Notes: generated by a model not told the origin, from the letters alone. A stretch of DNA of 64,000 nucleotides from an uncultured Christensenellaceae bacterium (GCA_944376795.1 CALWDW010000006.1:2632-66631), one strand, 5' to 3'. Shown: positions 47,046 to 56,343, counted from the stretch's first letter. Program-made: numbers and translations.

Positions 47046-48104
47046 TTAATAGATCGTTCCAATGTCCAACATAATCCCAACGATATCATAGTTATAGAAC
47101 TGAATCATCAGGGCGGGATTATCACCCGTCCCGTCAGCGTTGCTGTTATACATCAGCGCCACGCTGATATGCCCTTCGCTGTCGTTCAGTCTTCCGAACC
47201 ACAGGAGAGTGCCGAGCGACTCTATCTCTGCTTCTTTTCGGACACCCGCTCCGATGAGCTGGTCAATATAGGCATTTATCTGGTCCTGTTCGACTGTGTT
47301 CACAAAGAGCGTATAATCGACTCCGTCTTCCAACCCGTATTCGCTTCCCGTGGCCGACATCCCGAAGTCGTCAATGTGTTCCAACGCCGGCACACGGTCG
47401 GAGAAGAAATACCCTTCCGGCCAGGAGCCGTCACATTCCAGTTTTTCGGTTGACGCTTCAGGAACCGTCGTGTAGCGTTCCAACCAAAGCGCCGGATCCT
47501 CTCCTATGGCGCTCGTCATGTTGTAGAGTTTCCTCAGCGCAGGCAAATAGTAGTCCACGTAGTAGAGGAACTCCGGATCCTCATCAAGCGCCATGCATTC
47601 CTCTTCGCTGGCCCCCTCATACCCTTTCAAATACGAGAGCAGATCGTCAAGCTGCTGTTTCCACTCCGCAAACAATCCGTTCAGCGTTGCATCCTCCGAA
47701 AGTCCGGCCTGCTCGACGCTTGCAATGGCTAGGCTAAACTGCGCCTGGCAGATTTCACGCGCGGCAGCAAGTTCTTCATATTGGTTTGTAGGGTTTGTCT
47801 CCGCAATAAGCTCTGTCAGTCTTTTTCCTCCATCGGAAGGTATGGAAATGGCACCTTCTGTTTCTTCCGGCTCACTGGACGGCGCGGCTTCAGAAGGTTC
47901 GGGGATACTTTCTGCTGTCTCCATTGGTTCATCAGCTTCCGGCTCGTTGGTTGGTACGGCTGCAGAAGGTTCAGGGGTGTTTTCTTCTGCGGGAAGGGCA
48001 CTTGGGGCCTCGGCTGTTTCAACAGGCACAATCTCTTTTCCGCACGCTGCAAGACATAAAAGCATTGCCAGCGCCAGAACAATTCCCCATGTTTTTTTGA
48101 ACAT
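47046..48104 (-). CDS. lipoprotein, function unknown
   Basis: Start at MFKKTWGIVLALAMLLCLAA-C (GGAGGAAG RBS). It has an acidic P/E/A-rich linker. No motif was recognised. Confidence 0.72.
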   Translation of the reverse strand: MFKKTWGIVLALAMLLCLAACGKEIVPVETAEAPSALPAEENTPEPSAAVPTNEPEADEPMETAESIPEPSEAAPSSEPEETEGAISIPSDGGKRLTELIAETNPTNQYEELAAAREICQAQFSLAIASVEQAGLSEDATLNGLFAEWKQQLDDLLSYLKGYEGASEEECMALDEDPEFLYYVDYYLPALRKLYNMTSAIGEDPALWLERYTTVPEASTEKLECDGSWPEGYFFSDRVPALEHIDDFGMSATGSEYGLEDGVDYTLFVNTVEQDQINAYIDQLIGAGVRKEAEIESLGTLLWFGRLNDSEGHISVALMYNSNADGTGDNPALMIQFYNYDIVGIMLDIGTIY

Positions 48105-48153
48105 CCGGACTTCCTCCATATTGATTTAGCGTACTATCTAGTATTCAGCATAC

Positions 48154-48226
48154 CTGCAAATGGCGCCATTTTGCAGTTCGCACCTGCGCCATTCTTTCAA
48201 AAATGGGGGTTCGTATGTGCGCCATT
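48154..48226. promoter_or_regulatory. palindrome plus three GCGCCATT repeats, a candidate operator array upstream of the lipoprotein cluster
   Basis: The 14-bp perfect palindrome aaatggcgccattt lies at 48158-48171, inside the longer near-palindrome ctgcaaatggcgccattttgcag. GCGCCATT recurs at 48163, 48186 and 48219. Confidence 0.45.
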
Positions 48227-48238
48227 TCGAAAAACAGG

Positions 48239-48268
48239 CAAAAAAACCGCTTTCCGTAGGGAAAGCGG
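48239..48268 (-). terminator. rho-independent terminator after the LuxR-type regulator gene
   Basis: Stem ccgctttcc / ggaaagcgg. A run of 7 T follows it on the minus strand. Confidence 0.8.
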
Positions 48269-48287
48269 TGCTCTGCTCGATGGAATC

Positions 48288-49691
48288 TCAGCTTACCGTA
48301 AAGTTTATATAGCTTTGGAACAAACCGAGCCGCGTTTTTGTCTCAGTCTTTTCGTAAATGGAGGAAACATACCGCTGCACCATCCTCCGTGAAATATATA
48401 GGCTATCGGCAATCCCCTGCAGGTCATCATCGGTGGTCAAAAGCCTTTCCAATACCTCCGTTTCACGGGGTGTCAGGGCACAGTGCTGTGCATACAGCTG
48501 CAGCCGTTCCTGTGGAGACAGTTCACGCTGCTCGTGGGGTTCCCGGCTCTGCTCCGCGTCGGTAACCGCGCGCCCGATATGCGGCAGCAATACCAGCAGG
48601 ATTCCTATTGAAACCAGACAGCTTCCCACCGCCAACGCCGTACTGCCTAAGGCATCATAGATTTTGATGGACGGAAGGACGGTCGCCGCCACCGTAAGGC
48701 TGCGCACAATACGCCCCATACCGGCCCACAATTCAGGATATTTACTTTTCGGGGCAAAGTCCAGAAACATTACGGCAAAGAAGATCACATAAAAACCACT
48801 GTACAGGTACATCAATGCAGTACCGGCAAAATAGCCGGCCTCTTCAGAGAGAAAGAACATACAGACGGAGGAAAGCAGTATGGTGCACACCGTGGCAAGC
48901 GGAAGATAGTTCCGTTCCTTTATATCCGCAATAACGCCTGCCAAAATCAGTCCCAGCGCATAAAACAGGCGAGCACCGCCGTATACGTCATAGGTCTTCT
49001 CAGCATTAAAGGCGGTCAGCACGCTGTCGATCATTCCTGCGACAAGGCTCATCAGTGCAACGGCGACAATCAGAGTAACTGCCGTCCTACGATCCCTCCG
49101 GCTGTCCGAAGAATACGGAAGCGGATTCTCCAAAATCCAGTCCGTGGGTGCCCGGACAATAAAATACATCACAAATGCTACGCTCAGAAAAATACTGACC
49201 ATAAAAATGACCGACTGCCGCGATAAATTCTGCACGAGGAACTGCAAAAAGATTGCCCCACCCATACCGGTGCCAATCATTCTACCCGTATACCGGCTCC
49301 CGGCAAAATACATCGCCGTATTATAATACACGCAGCCGCCGATATGTCCGAACAGGAGCAGAGCTGCGGTAGAGCTTACCAAAAAAATGGCTGGCCGGTC
49401 TGCGGCCAATAAAACAGCGACTGATGCAAGGCACAGAGCGCCAATAATGAGCAATGCTGCTTTTCTTGATTTCTCTGCTTTGCAGATCTTACCAAGTAGG
49501 AGAAAGGAAAGAAATCCGAGCGCTGTGCAGACAAGTCCAAAAGTATATATGAGATTTACAGATTCGCTTCCAAAAATCTCGGCGCAGCGTTCATTGACGA
49601 AGGCTTCTGTCAGCATAAAGGCAAAAAAGCACAGCGCAAAGTAAAGTGCACAAAGAATCTCCGAGGATGTAATCTTCTGTTTTTTCATCAT
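48288..49691 (-). CDS. polytopic membrane protein with a C-terminal LuxR-type HTH (membrane-integrated one-component regulator)
   Basis: 467 aa. About 10-12 hydrophobic helices are followed by LTPRETEVLERLLTTDDDLQGIADSLYISRRMVQRYVSSIYEKT, a GerE/LuxR_C HTH. Confidence 0.8.
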   Translation of the reverse strand: MMKKQKITSSEILCALYFALCFFAFMLTEAFVNERCAEIFGSESVNLIYTFGLVCTALGFLSFLLLGKICKAEKSRKAALLIIGALCLASVAVLLAADRPAIFLVSSTAALLLFGHIGGCVYYNTAMYFAGSRYTGRMIGTGMGGAIFLQFLVQNLSRQSVIFMVSIFLSVAFVMYFIVRAPTDWILENPLPYSSDSRRDRRTAVTLIVAVALMSLVAGMIDSVLTAFNAEKTYDVYGGARLFYALGLILAGVIADIKERNYLPLATVCTILLSSVCMFFLSEEAGYFAGTALMYLYSGFYVIFFAVMFLDFAPKSKYPELWAGMGRIVRSLTVAATVLPSIKIYDALGSTALAVGSCLVSIGILLVLLPHIGRAVTDAEQSREPHEQRELSPQERLQLYAQHCALTPRETEVLERLLTTDDDLQGIADSLYISRRMVQRYVSSIYEKTETKTRLGLFQSYINFTVS

Positions 49692-49901
49692 TCTCCGTCC
49701 TCCCCTGTGAACTCCACAACATCACCAATTTCACAGCGAAGCGCCCTGCATATGCGTTCCAGTATCGCAAGGCTGACATATTCATCATGGCCAAGCTTTG
49801 CAATTGTGGACGCTGAAATACCCGCCATTGAGGTTAAAGCAGATTTCTTTATTCTCCTGTCGATCGGGCAGCTTCCACAGTTTATTATATTGCACCGCCA
49901 T
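49688..49901 (-). pseudogene. small XRE-family HTH gene with a +1 frameshift (or a 46-aa product from the internal ATG at 49828)
   Basis: The span is 214 nt, which is not a multiple of 3. MAVQYNKLWKL is in one frame and PIDRRIKKSALTSMAGISASTIAKLGHDEYVSLAILERICRALRCEIGDVVEF is in the next. The shift occurs at a CCC run. The stop overlaps the ATG of the LuxR-type gene (ATGA). Confidence 0.6.
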
Positions 49902-50514
49902 CTGGTTCACCTTATCGCTAATTACGCACAGTATAACGTAAATACTCTTTGAATACAATAAATATTACGAAAATTTAGATTTTTTCGTCATGCGCACGGC
50001 TACACATCAGAGCAAACGCACAATCCCCCATTGCTAAATTGTCTGCAGCCCTTATACGTGCCTATAGATTCTTAAGCTTGCATTTCAAATCCAGTGCGGC
50101 GTTACAGCACAGAAACTTCACGGAGAGACTCTCACCCGAATCCTTTGTGTAAAGGGAAAAGCAGCTTCTGTCAAAGATTTTCAGGTCTGCTAATTTGGGA
50201 AATACATGCAGACCATTCATCGGATGGACAGCAAAAACGGCGGGCAAGGTTTTCCAACTTGCCTGCTGCTGCACAGGAACGTATATTCATTGGCAAAACT
50301 TTTGCGTCTGTCTACAAATATGCATTTGAAAACCCGGCGTTCAACCCGCCAGAGGTTCGACCAAATCGTGAACTCCTGCGAAGCACGCCGTTTTCTGTCT
50401 TATGAGCACCAGAAGATAGAACCCTTCGCAGCAGGGCGGCATGCACCTACAAACGATCGGGCCTAGGTTCCTGAATCCCAAAACGCACTTTGGCCGGACA
50501 TAAAGGCCCGCAAC

Positions 50515-50554
50515 CATAAACAAAAAGAAAGACACGCCAAACGTCGTGTCTTTC
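50515..50554 (-). terminator. rho-independent terminator after tRNA-Arg(ACG)
   Basis: Stem gaaagacacg / cgtgtctttc. On the minus strand it is followed by tttttgttt. Confidence 0.8.
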
Positions 50555-50557
50555 TCG

Positions 50558-50634
50558 TGGCGCGCCATGAGGGATTCGAACCCCCGGCCTTTTGGTCCGT
50601 AGCCAAACGCTCTATCCAGCTGAGCTAATGGCGC
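50558..50634 (-). tRNA. tRNA-Arg (anticodon ACG)
   Basis: 77-nt cloverleaf. Acceptor is GCGCCAT/ATGGCGC. Anticodon stem is TTTGG/CCAAA with loop CTACGGA. T-loop is GGTTCGAATCC and the CCA end is encoded. Confidence 0.92.
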
Positions 50635-50883
50635 ATCTGCTCACTTGCACATTATATCTCTGTCAGCCGTTTCTGTCAAGATTTTTTCCGTAAATTTGCA
50701 ATCCTATCAATACAAGACAACCCCAGCAATTTCCTTCTGCTAGATCTGCCGGAAAAGGAATCCGCGGAACCGTACCACGAGCGTACAGCGCTACGGTATA
50801 TGACTCTATCGGTGAAATTACAAAGGCCGCATGCATAAGCACGCGGCCTGTTATGCCATTATTGTGTCAGTCAATAACGCCTA

Positions 50884-52305
50884 CTAGGCAACGAGGAAGA
50901 ACTTCACCAGGAACAGCAGGGAGATGATGTACGTCAGTACAGAAACCTCCTTGGCCTTGCCGGTAAACACCTTCATCACGGTATATACGATCAGGCCCAA
51001 GCCAATGGCATGACCAATCGAACTGGAAATAGGCATGGCAATGAGCATCACAGCCACAGGCACCAGCTGCGTCATATCAGTGAAGTCAATGTTCTTCAGC
51101 CCGCCCAGCATCAAAACGCCAACGTAGATCAGCGCGGAGGACGTAGCAGCCGGGGGAATGATGGCCGCAATGGGAGAAATGAATATGCAGGCCAGGAAAA
51201 GGATACCCGTGGTCAACGCGGTAAGGCCAGTGCGGCCGCCCGCCTCAACACCGGAAGCCGACTCCACAAAGGTGGTAACCGTGGAAGTACCGGTCACAGC
51301 GCCGGCCACCGTACCCACGGCGTCGGCAATAAGGGCCTCCTTCATCTGGGGCATATTGCCATCCTTGTCCACCATTCCGGCGCGGGAAGCGGTGCCCACC
51401 AGCGTACCAATGGTATCAAACATATCAATGATACAGAAGGTGATAATCAGTGTAATGGCAGTGAACCAGCCAATCTGGAAGAAGGTCGCAAAGTCAAACT
51501 TAAAGAACGTGGTCTCCATCATATCCTGGAAAGGCGGCACAAAGGACGCCGTAGCCAGGCTGGCAAAGGGGTTCACCTTCAGGAAAATCGCCGAACCAGC
51601 CCAGTAAAGCACGGAAGCTGCCAGCATGCCGATCAGCACCGCACCCTTGACCTTCTTGTGGGCCAGAATCACGATGACAAACAGTCCCACGAACATGGTC
51701 ACTACAGTCAGCACCATGGTGGAGTATCCAGAACCCATGGTAGACTGGGCCACGCTGGGGGTCAACGCGCCGAAGAAATCATGCATGGCATAGAAGGGGC
51801 CGCCCGTCTCCGAATACACACCTACATTGCTGCCGAAGCCAATGTTCATGAGCATCAAGCCAATGGCAGGCGCAATGCCTAGGCGCACGCCCAGAGGGAT
51901 GGCGTTCACGATCTTTTCCCGTACGTTCAGTATGGAGAGCACCAGGAAGATAATTCCTTCAAAGAGAATGATGCACAGAGCGGCCTGGAAACTCTGGAGA
52001 TACGAGAGCCCCGTCAAGCCGACGATGTTGCCCACCACTGTGGCAAAGAAACTATTCAGTCCCATGCCCGGAGCCATGGCAAAGGGCTTGTTGGCAGCAA
52101 AGGCCATGACAAACGTACCAATGGCCGATGCGATGCAGGTTGCCAGGAAGACGCCATACCAAAGGCTGCTTCCCTTGTCAAAGTTCGTCAGCAGGTTGGG
52201 GTTAAGAGCGATGATGTAAGCCATCGTCATAAACGTGGTCAACCCGGCGACGATCTCGGTGCGAACGGTGGTACCGTTCTGTTTGAGCTTAAAAAGCTTT
52301 TCCAT
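50884..52305 (-). CDS. NCS2-family purine (adenine/guanine/hypoxanthine) permease, AzgA/PbuG-like
   Basis: MEKLFKLKQNGTTVRTEIVAGLTTFMTMAYIIALNP is the typical AzgA-type N-terminus. The protein has 473 aa and about 12-13 TM segments. Confidence 0.88.
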   Translation of the reverse strand: MEKLFKLKQNGTTVRTEIVAGLTTFMTMAYIIALNPNLLTNFDKGSSLWYGVFLATCIASAIGTFVMAFAANKPFAMAPGMGLNSFFATVVGNIVGLTGLSYLQSFQAALCIILFEGIIFLVLSILNVREKIVNAIPLGVRLGIAPAIGLMLMNIGFGSNVGVYSETGGPFYAMHDFFGALTPSVAQSTMGSGYSTMVLTVVTMFVGLFVIVILAHKKVKGAVLIGMLAASVLYWAGSAIFLKVNPFASLATASFVPPFQDMMETTFFKFDFATFFQIGWFTAITLIITFCIIDMFDTIGTLVGTASRAGMVDKDGNMPQMKEALIADAVGTVAGAVTGTSTVTTFVESASGVEAGGRTGLTALTTGILFLACIFISPIAAIIPPAATSSALIYVGVLMLGGLKNIDFTDMTQLVPVAVMLIAMPISSSIGHAIGLGLIVYTVMKVFTGKAKEVSVLTYIISLLFLVKFFLVA

Positions 52306-52484
52306 AAGAATCCCCTTTCCGTATGATTTCCTTCCCTATCGTACCTTAATGAAGACCGTACCCATTATAGGAGATTTCCCGCCATAATTCAACACATTTG
52401 AATGAACAATATTTACATTTTTGTCATAATTGAACGGTTTTGTCAGAACGTCCAAATTGGCATCGCCTTCTAGGCCTATCTGCA

Positions 52485-52517
52485 TACAAAAAAACGCGGC
52501 ACACAGCATGCCGCGTT
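52485..52517 (-). terminator. rho-independent terminator after the PRPP-synthetase-like gene
   Basis: Stem aacgcggca / tgccgcgtt. On the minus strand it is followed by a run of 8 T. Confidence 0.8.
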
Positions 52518-52636
52518 AGCCATTCTCCTTTGGGATATAGGCTAATTTATTCCAGCAGTACGGATCTGCCTACAGAGGAAAACGGAAAACCCGGACGTTC
52601 GCTCCGCATCGGGTGCAGAGTATGCCACGCTTTTCC

Positions 52637-53857
52637 TCACACCAGGGAGATTCCCAGAGCTGCCTGCTCCTCCCGATAATTCTTCAGCAGATTCTGGATC
52701 TTCTGCAGAGGATTCAGGAGACGGGAAATCGAATGATCGTAATTCAAGGAAGCCATCAAGTACGCAATGTACTTGGACATATCCACCTCACAATACCAAG
52801 GAGCCGTGCGAAGCTCAGGCCGACGATATGTCAGGTTGGTCGTAAAGACCTTCGTAATGACGCCTTCCTCGTATGCTTTCTGGAAATTATCCAGACCCTC
52901 GGTAAAGAACCCAAAGGTCGCAAACGCAAAGATACGATTCGCCTTACGATTCTTCAGCTCTCGGGCAATGTCCAGCATGGAATCGCCGGAGGCGATCATA
53001 TCATCTGCAATGATAATATCCATTCCTTCCACCGAATCGCCCAAATACTCATGGGCAATGATAGGATTGCGTCCGTTGACCACTTTGGTATAGTCACGCC
53101 GCTTGTAAAAGAGTCCCAGGTCAATTCCCAGCACGCTGGAGTAGTAGATATTTCGGTCGATAGCGCCTTCATCCGGGCTAATCACCATGGTGTGGCCGCG
53201 ATCCAGCCGCAGATCCTTCACATTACGCAGCAGGGCCTTCAGCATCTGGTAAGTAGGAAGAACGTTGTCAAAACCGATCAAAGGAATGGCATTCTGCACG
53301 CGAGGGTCATGGGCATCAAAAGTAATGATATTCTCCACACCCATCGCCTGGAGCTCCTGCAGAGCCAGGGCACAGTCCATGGACTCCCGGCTTGTGCGCT
53401 TATGCTGGCGCGCCTCGTAGAGGATGGGAAGAAAAACATTGATCCGGCGCGCTTTCCCTCCCACAGCGGAAATCACCCGCTTGATGTCCTGGAAGTGGTC
53501 GTCAGGCGACATGGGGACATCCATACCGTACATTTTATAGGTGCAGCCGTAGTTGCAGACGTCGGAAATAATGTACAGGTCATAGCCGCGAACCGATTCC
53601 TTGATCACCGCCTTTCCCTCGCCATTACTGAAGCGGGGGCAGTCATGATCCACCAGGTAGGTATGCCGTTCATAACCAGGGTAGGTCGTCAATGTATTGG
53701 GGTCGGTAGGATCCATGCCGTCATGCCAGCGCAGCAGATAATCGTTCACTTTGGCGGCCAATTCTTTACTGCTCTCCATCGCGAGGATGCCAAGAGGCGC
53801 TACGGGGATGGAAGTTACGAAATCTTTGCCGGCGGGGGGCTGCTGAATCAGTGTCAT
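52637..53857 (-). CDS. ribose-phosphate pyrophosphokinase family protein (long form)
   Basis: Start at MTLIQQ, 7 nt after AAGGAG. The PRPP-binding loop is DIIIADDMIASGDSM. FDAHDPRVQ and RINVFLPILYEARQH are typical Prs motifs. Confidence 0.8.
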   Translation of the reverse strand: MTLIQQPPAGKDFVTSIPVAPLGILAMESSKELAAKVNDYLLRWHDGMDPTDPNTLTTYPGYERHTYLVDHDCPRFSNGEGKAVIKESVRGYDLYIISDVCNYGCTYKMYGMDVPMSPDDHFQDIKRVISAVGGKARRINVFLPILYEARQHKRTSRESMDCALALQELQAMGVENIITFDAHDPRVQNAIPLIGFDNVLPTYQMLKALLRNVKDLRLDRGHTMVISPDEGAIDRNIYYSSVLGIDLGLFYKRRDYTKVVNGRNPIIAHEYLGDSVEGMDIIIADDMIASGDSMLDIARELKNRKANRIFAFATFGFFTEGLDNFQKAYEEGVITKVFTTNLTYRRPELRTAPWYCEVDMSKYIAYLMASLNYDHSISRLLNPLQKIQNLLKNYREEQAALGISLV

Positions 53858-54110
53858 ATTATTCTCCTTCTTGACCATAGTAGCAACGGATTTCCCAGAG
53901 AAACAACCCATGATCCACCCCTATTATATACCAGTTTTTTGTCTTTGAAAAGGGCGCAAGCTGCTTTTCCGCCCTTCTGGTGAAACAAATTGCCGGATTT
54001 AGGGGATTTTTCAGAAAAACCGGCTTCTCCTCCCTACTCAGGAGAGAAAGCTTTCGGACGCATTTGCCCCATGGTCCCAGCCACAACTCACCAGATTTTT
54101 AAAAAAAGCT

Positions 54111-54139
54111 TTGCAATTCTAACCCGCCTATGCTATAAT
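54111..54139 (+). promoter_or_regulatory. sigma-70-type promoter of tRNA-Arg(CCG)
   Basis: TTGCAA (54111-54116), a 17-nt spacer, then TATAAT (54134-54139). An A/T-rich UP-like tract lies upstream. The tRNA starts 12 nt downstream. Confidence 0.75.
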
Positions 54140-54150
54140 ACGCTGTGGAT

Positions 54151-54226
54151 GCGCCTGTAGCTCAGTGGATAGAGCGTTCGGCTCCGGACCGAAAGGCCAC
54201 AAGTTCGATCCTTGTCAGGCGCGCCA
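54151..54226 (+). tRNA. tRNA-Arg (anticodon CCG)
   Basis: 76-nt cloverleaf. Acceptor is GCGCCTG/CAGGCGC. Anticodon stem is TTCGG/CCGAA with loop CTCCGGA. T-arm is ACAAG-TTCGATC-CTTGT and the CCA end is encoded. Confidence 0.92.
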
Positions 54227-54230
54227 GTTA

Positions 54231-54260
54231 AACCTGCCTCCACAAGGCAGGTTTTTTCTT
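54231..54260 (+). terminator. rho-independent terminator after tRNA-Arg(CCG)
   Basis: Stem aacctgcc / ggcaggtt followed by ttttttc. Confidence 0.8.
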
Positions 54261-54325
54261 TCTCAGCTTTAAAGCAATTCTCTCACACTAAGAAAAAACA
54301 GAAAGCAGAGCCCTGCGGCGAAGCA

Positions 54326-54362
54326 GAAAAAAGGCGCGGCAGCTTCTCTAAACTGCCGCGTC
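54326..54362 (-). terminator. rho-independent terminator downstream of the heparinase-like gene
   Basis: Stem gcgcggcag / ctgccgcg. A T-run follows it on the minus strand. It lies about 110 nt after the stop codon. Confidence 0.6.
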
Positions 54363-54474
54363 TCAACTTTATCAGGGAGCATCTTTTTGGCACGCTCCCT
54401 CAACCAAAAAGACATCCGCCCCACCCTGCTTCGGAGCCACCACACCTCCAGTGGACCAATCTCGCCAGCAACGG

Positions 54475-56343
54475 CTACTGCTCCGTAATCTCATAGGAGA
54501 TGATCTGACGGTCCATCGGCACCTTGGCCTTGAGTACAATACGATAGAGACCGCGGTCTCCCCAGGAGCCCTGCATGCTGGGATCCTGGGTTGTATCCTG
54601 TCCATCCATCGCCGCATCCAGCAGCGCTTCCGGCCAGGTAATCTTTGTACCCCGGAGGCTCGCTGTATTCCCTACAATCGTCGGTTCTCCCCAGGTCAGG
54701 ATATGCAGTTCCACGTCTTGGGTAGCTTCGCCCAGGTCGATATCCTCCGTAATCGTAACCTTATGGGCGCTGCGATCCAGGGACACGGTCCGCAGCCAAC
54801 GACGGATACCCGCCTCCTCCGGATATGCCGGCGCTATGTCGACCGAGATGCTGGAAGTTATCCCATCATCCTGGCTATCAGCCGACCCGGCCCGGTACTG
54901 CGCACCTTCTTTTTGCTCCACGCCGCGAACCTTGGGCAGATTATGCCAGCCCGACTGCATGGTCCAGAGGGTATACCGGGTGGCGGGATTGAACGTCTTC
55001 GCCGAATAGCGTTCCACCCCCGCGTCACAGATGACGGGCTGTCCGTCCCGATACACGATGAAATTTCCTACGTCATTATGGTTATGGGCTTCGTCATTGT
55101 GGCCACCCTTGGCCGCTACAAAGAACCCGTCTGCCGATCCCTCTTTCTCCCGGGCTGTCATCACCTGGATGCCATCCATCCAGCTATAGGCAGGCATAGG
55201 CGGCTCCCCTGTAAGCTTCTCCGCATCTAGGTGCATGGCTAAAAGCGGCAGCATGTGACGCATAGGCCGCACAATGGGCTGGCCCTTGCGGTAGTCCACC
55301 TTATCACGCCGGAAGGCCGCTTCACCCAGCGCCACCATCTTGGGATCATGGATCCTCGCGCCAAAGCGCATGACCATATCACTTCCAATGGCCAACCGCG
55401 CGCTGCAGTCCGCAAAATTCACAAACCATTCGTCCGCAATATGCATTTTGTAAATATACTGCCCCATAGCGCGTACCAACGGCTCATCAAAGAAGTCCAG
55501 CCGCCCATCCGAGACCATGGCCAGCAAATCCAGGCAGTCAAAGAGCGCGCCGCCCGCCTTCCCCCAGTATGAAGGTCCTTCGTCACAGCCTCCGTCGCTA
55601 TGATAGGTTGCCGCAAAGCGATCCATGAGCTTAATGCATTTCCAAATGCCGTGTGCCCGCACATAGGGATCGGTTTCCACAAAGCTTAGGCAGGTCATCA
55701 CATTGGAAGTAATCCAAGGATTCCAGTTAATGGTGAAACCGCCCTCAATAATGCCCATCCAGCGATAATCATCCCGCATCATAAAGGGAGCAATAATGCG
55801 CTTTTGGATCTCCAGAACGATGCGCCGGGGAACCAAAGGAGAAACCTCCGCCAGCCGGTCGCCCATGAGATAATAGATATATGCCAAGTCTCCTGCCGTC
55901 TCCGCCGCGAATAGGTCCACAAAGGGCTCCTCAATATTGGGCAATGGGGACTTCGGCCAGCAGCTCAATTCATTGTGGGCAGGCAGGCACCAGCTGCTCT
56001 CCTCGCATATCAGCCAGATCCCGTCAATAATGCTGTCAATGTAACGGCCCTGGTTTTCAAAGCACTCGGCCAAGACCCGCTGGTTGAGCATGCGCCGGCG
56101 GGCGAAATTACTTGCCTCATACCGGCTGCGGTTCCCATCCCGCTGAAAGTCCATATACCGGGTCGCTGTCAATTGGGGATACGGCTCCTCACGGGCCGCC
56201 TCCGCCGCCTCCAGGATCGGACGGCTTTGGCTTGGATCCACCGCCTCCCACCATTTCCGGTCCTCGATCCTGGGGAAGGGGGTAAAACGGTCTTTCGGGA
56301 TGAGGAGCTGCTTCAGCTCCCCCTGGATTCTTTCCATAAACAT
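54475..56343 (-). CDS. heparinase II/III-like polysaccharide lyase family protein
   Basis: Start at MFMERIQ after GGAGGA. The N-terminal alpha/alpha-toroid-like region is IWLICEESSWCLPAHN. The C-terminal region is NHNDVGNFIVY...W...GWHN, typical of the heparinase II/III C-terminal domain. Confidence 0.75.
   Translation of the reverse strand: MFMERIQGELKQLLIPKDRFTPFPRIEDRKWWEAVDPSQSRPILEAAEAAREEPYPQLTATRYMDFQRDGNRSRYEASNFARRRMLNQRVLAECFENQGRYIDSIIDGIWLICEESSWCLPAHNELSCWPKSPLPNIEEPFVDLFAAETAGDLAYIYYLMGDRLAEVSPLVPRRIVLEIQKRIIAPFMMRDDYRWMGIIEGGFTINWNPWITSNVMTCLSFVETDPYVRAHGIWKCIKLMDRFAATYHSDGGCDEGPSYWGKAGGALFDCLDLLAMVSDGRLDFFDEPLVRAMGQYIYKMHIADEWFVNFADCSARLAIGSDMVMRFGARIHDPKMVALGEAAFRRDKVDYRKGQPIVRPMRHMLPLLAMHLDAEKLTGEPPMPAYSWMDGIQVMTAREKEGSADGFFVAAKGGHNDEAHNHNDVGNFIVYRDGQPVICDAGVERYSAKTFNPATRYTLWTMQSGWHNLPKVRGVEQKEGAQYRAGSADSQDDGITSSISVDIAPAYPEEAGIRRWLRTVSLDRSAHKVTITEDIDLGEATQDVELHILTWGEPTIVGNTASLRGTKITWPEALLDAAMDGQDTTQDPSMQGSWGDRGLYRIVLKAKVPMDRQIISYEITEQ

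Noticed and set aside
50300-50320. A third copy of the switch repeat (gtctaca shared with IR-R).
   Set aside because: Only a 7-mer is shared, which is expected several times by chance in 64 kb. The flanking bases do not match.
52306-52484. A purine (guanine/adenine) riboswitch upstream of the NCS2 purine permease.
   Set aside because: The leader contains CCUAUAAUGGGUACGGUCUUCAUUAAGGUACGAUAGG, which has a P1-like CCUAU/AUAGG pairing and a UAUAAU string. It has only one internal hairpin and lacks the conserved J2/3 and loop sequences of the three-way-junction purine aptamer. A different, shorter purine-related RNA class cannot be excluded without a covariance-model scan.
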